DNA of 64,000 nucleotides from Verrucomicrobiota bacterium (GCA_049510745.1 JBEKYR010000007.1:96001-160000), one strand, 5' to 3'; numbered from the stretch's first letter, positions 19,154 through 29,687 are shown. Numbers and translations are program-made. Notes: generated by a model not told the origin, from the sequence alone.

Positions 19154-20422
19154 ATGAACACAATCGAGCCAACCTTGCTGTCGCGTTTGCGGGCGCTGCC
19201 GCGCCCGGCCTGGATTCTGTTTTTGGGGACGTTTTTGAACAAGTTCGGCACGTTCGTCCTGCCGTTTCTAACCCTTTACTTGACTCAGCGCGGGTTTACG
19301 CTCAACGACGCCGGCCTGGCCATCAGCGCCTACGGCGTGGGCAGCCTTATGGCGTCGGCCCTCGGCGGACACCTGGCGGACACGATCGGGCGGCGCAAAA
19401 CCATCGCGCTCTCGATGTTCTCGGTGGCGGCGGCGATGATGCTGTTGTCGCAATCGCGCAGTCTGCCGGCCATCGTCGCGGCGACGTGGCTGGCGGGGCT
19501 GACGGGCGAGTTGTACCGGCCGGCGAGCAGCGCGCTGCTGGCGGACCTGGTGCCGCCGGAATTGCGGGTCACGGCCTATGCCGCCTACCGGATGGCGTTC
19601 AACGCGGGGTTCGCGTTTGGCCCGGCCACGGCGGGCTTTCTCGCCACGCGCGGCTATTTTTGGCTGTTCGCGGGCGACGCGGGGACTTCCGCTTTGTTCG
19701 GTTTGATTGCGCTGGCCGCGTTGCCGCGCGGTCTTCACACCCGGCGGGAGGAAGGCGGTTGGAGCGACGATGTCAAGGAGATGGCCGGGGACGGGAAGTT
19801 TCTCCGCGTCTTGTGCGGGGCCTTTTTCATCGCGCTGGTGTTCCTGCAAATCAGCTCGACGTTCAGCCTGCATGTCACGCGCCTGGGTTTCCCGGCGGCG
19901 GCCTACGGCCTGATCCTGTCGCTCAACGGCGTGCTGGTGGTGTTCTGCGAACTGCCGTTGACCTCGCTCACCCGGCGCTTTCCGCCGCGGTTGATGATGG
20001 CGGCGGGCTACTTGCTGATCGGGGCCGGGTTTTCCCTGAACGCCTTGGCGCGCTCGGCGCCGGCGCTGGTGGCATGCGTCGTCATTTTCACCCTCGGGGA
20101 AATGGTGACGATGCCCGTTTCCTCCGCCTATATCGCGGATTTGGCGCCGGCGCATCTGCGCGGGCGTTACATGGGGGCGTATTCGCTGACGTGGTCGGCG
20201 GCGTTGATCTTCGCTCCGCAAATGGGCATGAGGCTCTTTGGCGTGGCGCCGGCGGCGCTGTGGCTGGCGTGCGGGGCGCTGGCGGCGCTGGCGGCCATCA
20301 TCATCGTGCCGTTCTCCCGCGGCGGCGGCGGCTACGGCCCCAGCGACACCTGCACCAGATCGGCGGGCCGGAGCCATTGGGCGAAGGCGGCGCGGACTTC
20401 AGGTGCTGTCAACCCTAAATAA
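19154..20422 (+). CDS. MFS transporter (DHA1/MdtH-like)
   Basis: Motif A GHLADTIGRR; about 12 TM helices; GEMVTMP; RGRYMG. Confidence 0.9.
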   Translation: MNTIEPTLLSRLRALPRPAWILFLGTFLNKFGTFVLPFLTLYLTQRGFTLNDAGLAISAYGVGSLMASALGGHLADTIGRRKTIALSMFSVAAAMMLLSQSRSLPAIVAATWLAGLTGELYRPASSALLADLVPPELRVTAYAAYRMAFNAGFAFGPATAGFLATRGYFWLFAGDAGTSALFGLIALAALPRGLHTRREEGGWSDDVKEMAGDGKFLRVLCGAFFIALVFLQISSTFSLHVTRLGFPAAAYGLILSLNGVLVVFCELPLTSLTRRFPPRLMMAAGYLLIGAGFSLNALARSAPALVACVVIFTLGEMVTMPVSSAYIADLAPAHLRGRYMGAYSLTWSAALIFAPQMGMRLFGVAPAALWLACGALAALAAIIIVPFSRGGGGYGPSDTCTRSAGRSHWAKAARTSGAVNPK

Positions 20423-22989
20423 TACCGCGCCGCCCGCACCGGCTCGTCCAGCGGCAGGTCGTGGCCGGCCCGAAAAAGCCAGCCCTGGGCCACGCGCCCG
20501 ATGCTCGATTCGGAAAGCGGAATTTCGCGCAGGAGCAGGCCCTTGGCCTGGCTCAACTCCTCCGGTGTCACCTCCCGCTCCTGCATCGCCTTCAAATTGC
20601 TCAAAATGATGGCGCGCGCTTTGCCGACGTTGGGTGGATCGCACGCGTAGGAAACGCGGTAAATCGAGCGGCGCTGGCCGAATTGCAGCGCGGAATCGAC
20701 GAAATAGACCAGCCCGGCTTCCTCGCGCAGGTCGTGGTAGAGGCGCGTGGCGTAAAAAGCCCCGCCGAGGACGTGGTTGCCCAGCTCCAGCGCGTAGCGG
20801 TCCGCGTCGCCCAGGGTCAGGCCGACCGTTTCCGCCAGCACGACGTCGTCCTGCACGCGGCTGGCGTCGGGGACGCGCGTGGTCCAGGGTTTGTTGGGCG
20901 GGACGGCGGGCGGGATCGTCGGCGGCTTGGGTCCTTGCGCGGTCCATCCTCCAAAGTATTTGTCGATCGCAGTGGCGGCGCGTTCCGGGGTGACGTTGCC
21001 GATGACGACGATGGCAGCCAGGTCTGGGCGGAAGGCGTCGTGATGGAAACGGACCACGTCCTGCAGCTTGAGGCGCTTGATGGTGCGCGGGGTGGCCTGG
21101 CGCTGCGCCGGATCGTTGGCGGGGAACAGACCTTTCTTCATGGCGCGGTTCTGGAGGTAGGAAGGGCTTTTCAACTGGCCGGCCACCTCCGCCGCCAGGG
21201 AATGCTGAACGACGGCGAAGTCCTTCTCCGGCAGCGCGGGTGACAATTCGTTCTCGGCCAGCAACTGGACGCCGCGCTCGAAATTCTCGGACAATACCTG
21301 CAATGAAAAATCCGTCCCGGCCGATTCATTGGCGGCGATGTCATCGAGCGCCTTCTGAAACGCCAGGCGGTCGAGCGACTTGCTGCCGTAAGAGAAAAGC
21401 TGCGACAACACGCCGTCCACCCCTTCCTTGCCCTTGGCTTCTTCCAGGTCCGCGTTGCATTTGATCCGGCCATAGACATTGACGCTGTCGCTGGCGGATT
21501 CGGGCTGGACGATGAGGGTGAGGCCGTTGGAGAGAACGGTGACAACCGGATTGAGGGTGGAATGAGGCGGTTCGAGCCGTTGCACCGCGCGCATGGCCCA
21601 TTCCGGCAGCTTGACGGCGGTGGTTTCACCCGCGGCGAACGATTCCTTGCCGCCAAAACTTTTTTCGGAAACGGGCTTGCCCGAGGGCCGCGGCGTCAGG
21701 ATGGCGACAATGGCGTGATTGGTATCCAGATAGAGCCGGGCCACGCGGTTGACATCGGCGGCAGTGACCTGCCGGATGGCCTGCACGTCGTCTGCCGGAG
21801 ATTGGCGGCCCTCGACCGCCACCGCCTGGGACCAGGCCATGGCGAGGCCGGAGACGGAATCTTTCTGGAATTCAAGGCCGGCCACTTCGCGGCGCTTGGA
21901 GGCTTCCACCAAATCCCCGGAAATGCCGTTGCTGAGTTCGGTGGCGAGAATGTCGCGCATCTCCGCCAGCAAGGCGTTGGCGTTGGCGCCCGCCGGGAAG
22001 CCGGCAACAGCGTAACCCAGCCCGGCGCGCGTCAGTGTGTCGTAGGAAAATGAGGCGGAGAGCGCCTTGCCCTCCGGCACCAGGCTGTAGAGCCGTCCGC
22101 GCTGGCTGCTCAAGGCATCGGACATGACTTGCGCCGCCGCGTAATCGGGGCTGTCCGAGCCGGGCAGGCGGAAGGCGATGACCGCCATGCCGGTGGGCAG
22201 GTCCGTATCGAGCCGGATGGTCTGGGGCCGCACCGGTTGAAACTGGAAATCCGGCTTCGGAGGAAGCTCGCCTTTCGGCACGTCGCCGAACAACTCCTTG
22301 ACGGCGGCCAGGGCCGGTTCGGGCTGAACGTCGCCGCAGATGACCAGGACGGCGTTGTTGGGGACGTACCACGAGTCGTGGAATTGTTTGAGCATGGCGC
22401 CGGTGGTCTTGTCAAATGAAGGGCGTGATCCCAGGGCGTCCCGTTCGTAGGGCGTCCCCTTGAAGACAATCGCCAGAAGGTTGGTGTAGAAAACGTATTC
22501 GGGGTTGGACAAATCCTGGGCGACCTCCTGCTCGATGGCGCCCCGTTCCTTGCCCCACAGCGCCTCGGTGGACTCGATGCCGCGCATGCGCACCGCCTCG
22601 ATGTGGAGAGCGATGTCCAAATCTTCGGCGGGCGTGGTGAAGAAATACTGCGTGACCATCTGCTGCGTGTCGGCATCGAAATCCCCGCCGATGGCGGCGC
22701 TGAGATTGGCCAATTGCGCGGCGGAAAGGCCGGGGCTGCCGCGAAACATCATGTGTTCCTGGGCGTGGGCCATGCCGGGATAATCCGCCGGCGTCTCATC
22801 GGAGCCGACTTGATAATTGATGACCGTGGTGACGACAGGCGCCAGAGGATTGCGCACGATGACCACGCGCAAACCATTGGGCAGGACCGCCCGGGTGACA
22901 TTGTCTTCGGCCGCCGCGGCGGGGCGGACGCAGGGGGCGGCCAGCGCCAGGAAGCAGGCCGCCCTCGCAATCTTCGCGAGATTATTCAT
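20332..22989 (-). CDS. Periplasmic M16 (pitrilysin-family) zinc peptidase
   Basis: Signal peptide; inverted zinc motif HAQEHMMFRGS; duplicated LPNGL/LSNGL domains. Confidence 0.92.
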   Translation of the reverse strand: MNNLAKIARAACFLALAAPCVRPAAAAEDNVTRAVLPNGLRVVIVRNPLAPVVTTVINYQVGSDETPADYPGMAHAQEHMMFRGSPGLSAAQLANLSAAIGGDFDADTQQMVTQYFFTTPAEDLDIALHIEAVRMRGIESTEALWGKERGAIEQEVAQDLSNPEYVFYTNLLAIVFKGTPYERDALGSRPSFDKTTGAMLKQFHDSWYVPNNAVLVICGDVQPEPALAAVKELFGDVPKGELPPKPDFQFQPVRPQTIRLDTDLPTGMAVIAFRLPGSDSPDYAAAQVMSDALSSQRGRLYSLVPEGKALSASFSYDTLTRAGLGYAVAGFPAGANANALLAEMRDILATELSNGISGDLVEASKRREVAGLEFQKDSVSGLAMAWSQAVAVEGRQSPADDVQAIRQVTAADVNRVARLYLDTNHAIVAILTPRPSGKPVSEKSFGGKESFAAGETTAVKLPEWAMRAVQRLEPPHSTLNPVVTVLSNGLTLIVQPESASDSVNVYGRIKCNADLEEAKGKEGVDGVLSQLFSYGSKSLDRLAFQKALDDIAANESAGTDFSLQVLSENFERGVQLLAENELSPALPEKDFAVVQHSLAAEVAGQLKSPSYLQNRAMKKGLFPANDPAQRQATPRTIKRLKLQDVVRFHHDAFRPDLAAIVVIGNVTPERAATAIDKYFGGWTAQGPKPPTIPPAVPPNKPWTTRVPDASRVQDDVVLAETVGLTLGDADRYALELGNHVLGGAFYATRLYHDLREEAGLVYFVDSALQFGQRRSIYRVSYACDPPNVGKARAIILSNLKAMQEREVTPEELSQAKGLLLREIPLSESSIGRVAQGWLFRAGHDLPLDEPVRAARYYLGLTAPEVRAAFAQWLRPADLVQVSLGP

Positions 22990-23048
22990 GCCTCAGTTTT
23001 GTGGATTGGCCCGAAGAGGTCAACGCCCGAAGGACGAGAAGTGAATTA

Positions 23049-24329
23049 TCAACAATAAACCAAAAGGGACTGCGAGATGGGGTTGATCCGGTCGTAGTTG
23101 AGGAGTTTGTCGATGTAGGTCGCGGTTAAGCGCTGCCCGTCGGGGATGAGGAGGATGCCGTTTTCGCTGTAAATTCCCTCGGCCAGGACCATGCCCGGCT
23201 GCAATTCGCCCAGGCGGACGGCCCGCTGTTTGCCCGGCACCACGGCTTTGGGGACCGAACGCAGAAAGATGCGCACGGCGTCCGGATCGAAGGCCGAGCC
23301 GCTGCCCTGGCTGATCATTTCGCTGGCGAGCTTGGGTTCCAGACTGCTTTCGGCATGGGCCACCGCCACCGCCAGCAAACGCCCCAGCCACGGGATTCTT
23401 TCCCCGCGCAACCGGTCGGGATAGCCCGCGCCGTCAAAGCGCTCGTGATGGCTGCGAATGGTCGGACCGACGGCGGTGAGAGGATGGGCGAACTTGGCCA
23501 ATTCCTCGCCGAGAATCGGGTGATGGTGAATCAAGGTCCATTCCGCGTCGCTCAAGGACTCGGGCGCCTCCTGCCATTTCTTGATTAACTGCCGCGGGAC
23601 GCCGACCAGGCCGATGTCGTAAATGTGGCCGCTGATTTCGAGGGTCTGCTTTTGCTCGGCGGTCAGATCGGCGCCGGCGGCCATGGCGGCGCAGAGGGCC
23701 GACACCCTTTTGGCCTGGTTTCCCAGGGTGGGATAAAAGGTACACATGGTTTGCACGCACAGAACGACCGACCGGCGCAGGTTCTCCTCCTGGGCGTGGG
23801 CGAATTCCTGCAACTGCGCGTTTTGCTCGGCCACGCGGGCGACCTGCGCCTCCAGCGCCCGGTTCAGTTCGCTCAACTGCGCGTTCATGGCCTGGGTGGC
23901 GGCCTGGAGCCGGGCGTTCTTGGAGATTAACTCGTGCCGTTGCACGGCGCTCTTGACCGTCGCCAGCAATTCCTCCCGCAGCCACGGCTTGACGATGAAC
24001 CGGTAGATTTCCCCCTTGTTGATGGCGTCGATCACCGTGCTCAGGCTCAACACGGCGGTGATGAGGATGCGGGTGGCGTCGGGCTGTGCCTCGCGGACCT
24101 GGGCCAGAAATTCCAGGCCCGATACCATCGGCATCTGCTGGTCAGTGATGACGACCGAGAATTGCTCCTCCTTCAGGACGCTCAGGGCGTGGATGGCGTG
24201 CGGAGAGGCGACTACGCGGTAGCCCTCGCGCAACAAAGTGTCGCGCAAGGCCACCAACACAATCTCTTCGTCGTCCACGATCAGGATCGGACGCGCCGCC
24301 TCGCCCGGATTGTGTGGGTCCAAAGACAT
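23049..24329 (-). CDS. Response regulator with REC + degenerate HD-GYP domain
   Basis: ILIVDDE..ITDQQMP..KPW; HHERFDGAGYP; HD replaced by YD (HIYDIG). Confidence 0.85.
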   Translation of the reverse strand: MSLDPHNPGEAARPILIVDDEEIVLVALRDTLLREGYRVVASPHAIHALSVLKEEQFSVVITDQQMPMVSGLEFLAQVREAQPDATRILITAVLSLSTVIDAINKGEIYRFIVKPWLREELLATVKSAVQRHELISKNARLQAATQAMNAQLSELNRALEAQVARVAEQNAQLQEFAHAQEENLRRSVVLCVQTMCTFYPTLGNQAKRVSALCAAMAAGADLTAEQKQTLEISGHIYDIGLVGVPRQLIKKWQEAPESLSDAEWTLIHHHPILGEELAKFAHPLTAVGPTIRSHHERFDGAGYPDRLRGERIPWLGRLLAVAVAHAESSLEPKLASEMISQGSGSAFDPDAVRIFLRSVPKAVVPGKQRAVRLGELQPGMVLAEGIYSENGILLIPDGQRLTATYIDKLLNYDRINPISQSLLVYC

Positions 24330-24337
24330 TCGCCTGC

Positions 24338-26329
24338 TCAGCTCTTTTGATCAAAAAATGATTTCAGCTTCAGTAACATATCGGCTTCGGACAAGTCCGG
24401 GTTAAGGAGCAAATCAACGCCTTTGAGCAACTGGCTGTCCAGATCGTCCTGGTTGCAGCCGGCCAATTTCAAGACGACTTTCAGGTCTTTCTTTTGCTGG
24501 CGGACCTCGCCGGGCAGTGAATTGAGGGCGGGGTCATTGGGCTCGGCCAGGAGCAAGACGCCCGCGAACTGGTAATCGCTGGAATGCAGCAGCTCGCCCA
24601 GGCTGTCGGTGGAAGCGGCCACTACGATGTGGTAATTGTGGGATCGGAGCAACTCGGCGGTTTTATCGAGCATTTCCCCGGGTTGGCCCACCAGCAGCAG
24701 GCTGCGGCGGGCCAGGGGGGTGCGGCGGGCTTCTTCCTCGACCCGCGCGGACTCCGAAAAATCCGCCTCCGGCAGCCACAATTGGAAACTGGCGCCCACC
24801 GCCTCTTTGGATTCCACCGAGATCAGCCCCTGATGTTTCTCGATGGCGATGCGCGCGTTGTAGAGGCCCAGGCCGGAGCCTTTGGCCTTGGTGGTGAAAA
24901 ACGGATCGAAAATCGAGGCCAGATGCCGCTGCTTGATGCCGCAGCCGGTGTCTTGAATCGTCAGGCAGACACACGGCAACCGCGGCGTCACTCCCTTCTT
25001 GTTTTCCAGGGCCGGCAACGCCTCGTGCCGCGACGTGCGCAAGGTCAGGCGCCCCCCTTGGGGCATCGCGTCGGCCGCGTTGAGCATCAAATTGATGACC
25101 ACCTGCCGGAATTCCACCACGTCCAGGTAAACCGGCAGGGGCGCGCCGGCCAGTTCGGTTTTCACCTGGATGCGGCGGGGCAGAATCTTGGTGACCAGTT
25201 CGACCAGGTCGTTGGTGATGTCGTTCAGATTATGGTAATTGCGCTCGCCGGTCTGGCCCAGGTGCAGGTTGATCATGCGCTGCACCAATTGGCTGGCCTG
25301 CAACGAACTTTTCTTGATGAGCGACAACCCTTCGTGAAACGGATGCGCCGGCCGGAGGTCGCTCAAAAACGATTCGCTCAACGAATGGATGCCCGCGATG
25401 ATGTTGGTAAAGTCGTGCGCCATCCCCAGCGTCAGCACCGCCAGCGTTTCCTTCCACGCCGCGGTCGAAAGCCGCTTTTCCGCGATGGTCTGCCGGGTCA
25501 CGTCCAGCCACACCACTTCGTAGCCGAGCAGCAGGCCGCTCTGCGAAATGGCCGGCTGGCGGTGCTCCAAAATGTAGGCGACCCGCCCCGTCTGGGCGTG
25601 GCGGATGCGATAAGTATTGGTGACAGCGCTGCTGGTCAGGACGGCCCGCTTGAACTGGTGCTGCAATTCGGCCGCGTCGGCCTCATGCACCACGTCCCAG
25701 AAACGTCCGGGCTTGCCCGGCCAGTCCGCCGCGTCGATGCCCGTCAGCTCCTTGATATTCGGGCTGGCAAATTGCAGGCTGAAATCCGGCCGCTGGCTGA
25801 AAATGACGCAGGGCCAGCGGCGCGTCAGCCCTTCCAGGCGCGCCTCGGCCCGCAAGAGGCGCACGAACATTTCCCGCCGCGCGGCGTCGTTGCGCAAATG
25901 CTCGTCCCAGATGCCCTCTTCCAATTCGGCCAGCGGCGGGAGGGTCGAACTGAGACGGACGAACCGGTTCTGGGCCGCGCGCGCCGCTTCGAGCGTGAAC
26001 CACTGCGCAGGATGGGAATGCGCGGCGGTCAATTTGAGGTTCAGGCGCTCGAACGCCGCCGTGCTTTCCCGCACCGGGGCCAGCGATTTCTTCCATTCGG
26101 GCGACAGCGCGCCCATCGTGTCCCAAAACGATTGCCCGACGAGGCTGCCGGGAGCTTTTTCCAGCCAACTGCTCAACGGCTCGTTGATCTCCAGCATCCG
26201 GCCGGTTCCATCGAGCAGGGCGATGCCGCCCTCCAGCCAGCTCCGGGGCATGAACGATTCCAGGGATTTTTTTGGCGCCGGAGCGTTCTTGGCCGGTTCG
26301 ACTGTCGGCAGATCGACTTGCACGTCCAT
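24338..26329 (-). CDS. Cytoplasmic PAS histidine kinase with degenerate C-terminal receiver
   Basis: H-box GMAHDFTN, N-box QVVINLMLNAADA, DTGCGI, FFTTK, GSGLGL; no TM segment. Confidence 0.88.
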   Translation of the reverse strand: MDVQVDLPTVEPAKNAPAPKKSLESFMPRSWLEGGIALLDGTGRMLEINEPLSSWLEKAPGSLVGQSFWDTMGALSPEWKKSLAPVRESTAAFERLNLKLTAAHSHPAQWFTLEAARAAQNRFVRLSSTLPPLAELEEGIWDEHLRNDAARREMFVRLLRAEARLEGLTRRWPCVIFSQRPDFSLQFASPNIKELTGIDAADWPGKPGRFWDVVHEADAAELQHQFKRAVLTSSAVTNTYRIRHAQTGRVAYILEHRQPAISQSGLLLGYEVVWLDVTRQTIAEKRLSTAAWKETLAVLTLGMAHDFTNIIAGIHSLSESFLSDLRPAHPFHEGLSLIKKSSLQASQLVQRMINLHLGQTGERNYHNLNDITNDLVELVTKILPRRIQVKTELAGAPLPVYLDVVEFRQVVINLMLNAADAMPQGGRLTLRTSRHEALPALENKKGVTPRLPCVCLTIQDTGCGIKQRHLASIFDPFFTTKAKGSGLGLYNARIAIEKHQGLISVESKEAVGASFQLWLPEADFSESARVEEEARRTPLARRSLLLVGQPGEMLDKTAELLRSHNYHIVVAASTDSLGELLHSSDYQFAGVLLLAEPNDPALNSLPGEVRQQKKDLKVVLKLAGCNQDDLDSQLLKGVDLLLNPDLSEADMLLKLKSFFDQKS

Positions 26330-26390
26330 GAGATTCAGTTGCCCCAGCTTAGGACTTCCGGGGCGCAACTCAATCTCAAAATGCAACAGA

Positions 26391-27317
26391 TCAGAATGCT
26401 TTTATCAGCGTCAACGCCACCGTGTGCCCTTGCGCGCGGCTGTCCGCCATGAACTCATAGTCATAGCGCAACGACACAAATAACTTCATGCTTGGAAACG
26501 CGGCGCTGATCTCGGGACCGATTGCCGCCACCCGGCTGTAGGGAAATTCCTGGGCTGCAAATTGAATCCCCGCCGACGGGTCGTCTCCCTTGCTGGCCGT
26601 AACCCTCTGCTGGTAATAACCCACCACTCCACAATCAATCGTCTTGGTGACCGACTTGCTCACGCCCCATTCCAGCGTGTAAGCCTGCCCGGGTGTTACG
26701 TGCGTGTCGCGGTCCTCGGTGTTGAACTCATACCGGCTCAACGCCGAAACCGCCCAGGTCTTTGCCTCGTCGGGATACCAGGTTGCCCCCGCCGTCAGCA
26801 TCGGCGTCCAAAAGCCTGACCCCACGCGGGTCGTAGACGGACTGGCTGAATCGCCCGTCGGCATAAAGAGACCGACCCCCGCCGCCAAGTCGAATTGTTT
26901 CGGATGCCACGAAAGGGTGCTCTCGGCGAAGAGGTCGCCGATCCCAAAGGTGCCCTTGTCGAAATACGGACCTCCCGACGGACCCGCCTTCACGCTGAGG
27001 TACTGCAGCGGAAGCAAGGCGTCCACGCCGACGTTGCCGCCGAGCAACTTCGTGTCGGTGATCCAGATCGCGCGCGGCACGTTGGCATATATCAGCATGT
27101 CGAATTTGCCCGGGGCCTTCTGCCCGGCCGGGTCGTTCATCTGATCGGCCACATAGCACAGGTTGTAGTCCTTGACGTAAAAGCCGGGCGGCGGCAGCGA
27201 CGCGCCTTTGATTCCTTCAAGGCCTGTAACGTAATGCGCGTCGGGTTGGGCCTGGAGCGCGCCGGGAATGGCCGCCAGCGCCACGGCGAGGAGACAACGA
27301 ACGATATGAATTTTCAT
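26391..27317 (-). CDS. Phenol_MetA_deg/COG4313 (SphA-like) outer membrane channel
   Basis: Signal peptide; GASLPPPGFY, GIGDL..LSWH, C-terminal Phe. Confidence 0.8.
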   Translation of the reverse strand: MKIHIVRCLLAVALAAIPGALQAQPDAHYVTGLEGIKGASLPPPGFYVKDYNLCYVADQMNDPAGQKAPGKFDMLIYANVPRAIWITDTKLLGGNVGVDALLPLQYLSVKAGPSGGPYFDKGTFGIGDLFAESTLSWHPKQFDLAAGVGLFMPTGDSASPSTTRVGSGFWTPMLTAGATWYPDEAKTWAVSALSRYEFNTEDRDTHVTPGQAYTLEWGVSKSVTKTIDCGVVGYYQQRVTASKGDDPSAGIQFAAQEFPYSRVAAIGPEISAAFPSMKLFVSLRYDYEFMADSRAQGHTVALTLIKAF

Positions 27318-27343
27318 TGGATTTTGGTATTGTTGACTGTAGT

Positions 27344-28651
27344 TTAGACGTCCTGGATTTTGCCGAGCAGGTACGTTTCGTAGGCGCTGAGGTCCAGCAA
27401 CCCGTGCCCCGAAAGATTGAACAGGATCACGCGCTTCTTTCCCGCCTCGCGCGCCTGCTCCGCTTCCGTGATCACCGCCGCGATGGCATGGGCCGATTCC
27501 GGCGCGGGCACGACGCCCTCGGTGCGCGCAAAGAGAGTCCCGGCCTCAAACACCCGGGTTTGGTGAATGGCCTGCGCCTCGATCAACCCCAGCTTGAGCG
27601 CATGGCTCACCATCGGAGACATCCCGTGATAGCGCAGCCCGCCCGCATGGATCGACGGCGGCATGAACTTGTGCCCCAGCGTGTACATCATCAGCAGGGG
27701 CGTCGTTTCCGCCGTGTCGCCAAAATCGTAGCGCAACTCGCCCTTCGTCAGCGACGGGCAGGCGGAGGGTTCCACGGCCACGATGCGATAATTCTTCTTG
27801 TCCTTGATCTTCCTTTGCAGGAAGGGGAAGGCCAGTCCCGAGAAATTGCTCCCGCCGCCCGCGCAGGCATAGATCGAATCCGGTTCCTCGCCCGCCATTT
27901 CCATCTGCCGGATCGCTTCCTGGCCGATGACCGTCTGGTGCAGGCAAACGTGGTTCAGCACGCTGCCCAGCGAATACTTGGTGTGCGGATGGGTCACCGT
28001 ATCCTCGATCGCTTCGCTGATGGCGATGCCCAGGCTCCCCGGACAATGCGGGTCTTCGGCCAGCAGTTTGCGCCCGAAGGTGGTCTGATCGCTGGGACTG
28101 GCATGAACCGTCGCCCCCCACGTGTGCATCAGCATCCGGCGATACGGCTTCTGCTGGTAGCTGACCTTGACCATATAGACGTTGCACTCCAGTCCAAACA
28201 ACTGGCAGGCCAGGGCGAGCGACGATCCCCATTGGCCCGCGCCCGTTTCCGTCGCCAGCCTCTTGGTGCCGGCGGCCTTGTTGAAGTAAGCCTGCGGCAC
28301 CGAAGTATTGGGCTTGTGGCTGCCCGCCGGACTGGTGCCTTCGTACTTGTAATAGATGTGCGCCGGCGTTTTGAGCGCCCGCTCCAGCCGCACCGCCCGC
28401 AACAGGGGCGTCGGACGCCACAGCGCATAGACCTCGCGCACCGGTTCCGGGATTTCGATCCACCGGTCCGGGCACATTTCCTGCCGCACCAGGTTCTCCG
28501 GGAAAATCTGCGTCATCATCTCCAGCGACACCGGCTGGCGCGTGCCCGGATGCAGCGGCGGCGGAAGCGGTTCGGGAAAATCGGCCAGCAGATTGTACCA
28601 TTGTTTGGGGATATCCGCCTGCGACAACAAGAATCGAGTGGTTTGGCTCAT
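27344..28651 (-). CDS. trpB2: Tryptophan synthase beta-like enzyme TrpB2
   Basis: PAGSHKPN (PLP lysine), [29 protein letters not shown]. Confidence 0.93.
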   Translation of the reverse strand: MSQTTRFLLSQADIPKQWYNLLADFPEPLPPPLHPGTRQPVSLEMMTQIFPENLVRQEMCPDRWIEIPEPVREVYALWRPTPLLRAVRLERALKTPAHIYYKYEGTSPAGSHKPNTSVPQAYFNKAAGTKRLATETGAGQWGSSLALACQLFGLECNVYMVKVSYQQKPYRRMLMHTWGATVHASPSDQTTFGRKLLAEDPHCPGSLGIAISEAIEDTVTHPHTKYSLGSVLNHVCLHQTVIGQEAIRQMEMAGEEPDSIYACAGGGSNFSGLAFPFLQRKIKDKKNYRIVAVEPSACPSLTKGELRYDFGDTAETTPLLMMYTLGHKFMPPSIHAGGLRYHGMSPMVSHALKLGLIEAQAIHQTRVFEAGTLFARTEGVVPAPESAHAIAAVITEAEQAREAGKKRVILFNLSGHGLLDLSAYETYLLGKIQDV

Positions 28652-28870
28652 AGAATCATGGGCATGCTTTGGTCCTGCTGAATCTCGTCAACATCATTCT
28701 GAGAATCTTGCCGGGACTATAATGGCCGGGCCGGGCCAGACTTCTCATATTTTGCCAATTCCTTTGCAGGAATTGCGGTCAACGACAGGAATCTGGAACA
28801 GCGCGCCGGGTGAGGGCCTGGCGGGCATCGACGTTGTAGCCGGGGTCGCGCAGACGCTGGAGTTTGCAGA

Positions 28871-29611
28871 TCAAGGCGCGGCGGCGCGCTTCCGGTATTC
28901 GTCCAGTATCGCCGCGGTGGCCGTGGCGCCGCAACGGCTCGCTCCCAGGTCGCGCGCGAGGATTAACCCGTCGAGGTTGCGCACGCCTCCGGCGGCTTTC
29001 ACCTGCACCCTTGGCGAACACGCCGCTCGCATCAGTTTCAGGTCCTCCGCCGTGGCGCCACGATAGCTGTATTTTCCGTCGGGCCCTTTGACGAAGCCGT
29101 AGCCGGTTGAGGTCTTCACCCAATCCGCGCCGGCCCGCTCGCTGATCTGGCAAAGCTTGCGCTTGAAGTCGCTGCTGCTCAGGCCGGCGCCGCCCTGGAT
29201 CAGATAATCGTTCTCAAAGATGACTTTTACCTTCGCGCCCCGCGCGTGCGCTTCGTCGCAAACGGCTTTGATGTCGCGCTCAACATAGTCCCAGTCGCCG
29301 CTCAATGCCTTGCCGACGTTGATCACCATGTCGATCTCGACCGCTCCGTCTTTGCAGGCCAACTCGGTTTCGTACCGTTTGGCTTCGGTGACACTGTTGC
29401 CGTGCGGGAAGCCGATGACGCAACCAACCCGGACGTCCGTGCCTTTGAGCAGTTCCACGGCGCGTTTGACGGCGTACGGTTTGATGCAGACTGCCGCCAC
29501 GCCGTATTTCGCGGCGAGCTGGCAGCCCTCCTCCAACTCCTGGTCCGTCATCGCCGGATGCAGGAGCGAGTGGTCTATCATCTTGGCCAGTTGTTCGTAC
29601 GTATATTTCAT
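28871..29611 (-). CDS. deoC: Deoxyribose-phosphate aldolase
   Basis: IDHSLL, GFPHG, EIDMVIN, VKTSTG, KAAGGVR; start at MKYTY. Confidence 0.93.
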   Translation of the reverse strand: MKYTYEQLAKMIDHSLLHPAMTDQELEEGCQLAAKYGVAAVCIKPYAVKRAVELLKGTDVRVGCVIGFPHGNSVTEAKRYETELACKDGAVEIDMVINVGKALSGDWDYVERDIKAVCDEAHARGAKVKVIFENDYLIQGGAGLSSSDFKRKLCQISERAGADWVKTSTGYGFVKGPDGKYSYRGATAEDLKLMRAACSPRVQVKAAGGVRNLDGLILARDLGASRCGATATAAILDEYRKRAAAP

Positions 29612-29687
29612 AGATGCTCTGCTGCGGCACGAACCGGTCAGGTTTGGTCCGCGTCGCTGCCCCTCGCTGGCGTGGAGGGAGCCGGAC

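Noticed and set aside
28756..28775. Inverted repeat CAATTCCT-ttgc-AGGAATTG upstream of trpB2 as a Trp attenuator
   Set aside because: No Trp-rich leader peptide or T-tract found; it may be an operator but this is unsupported
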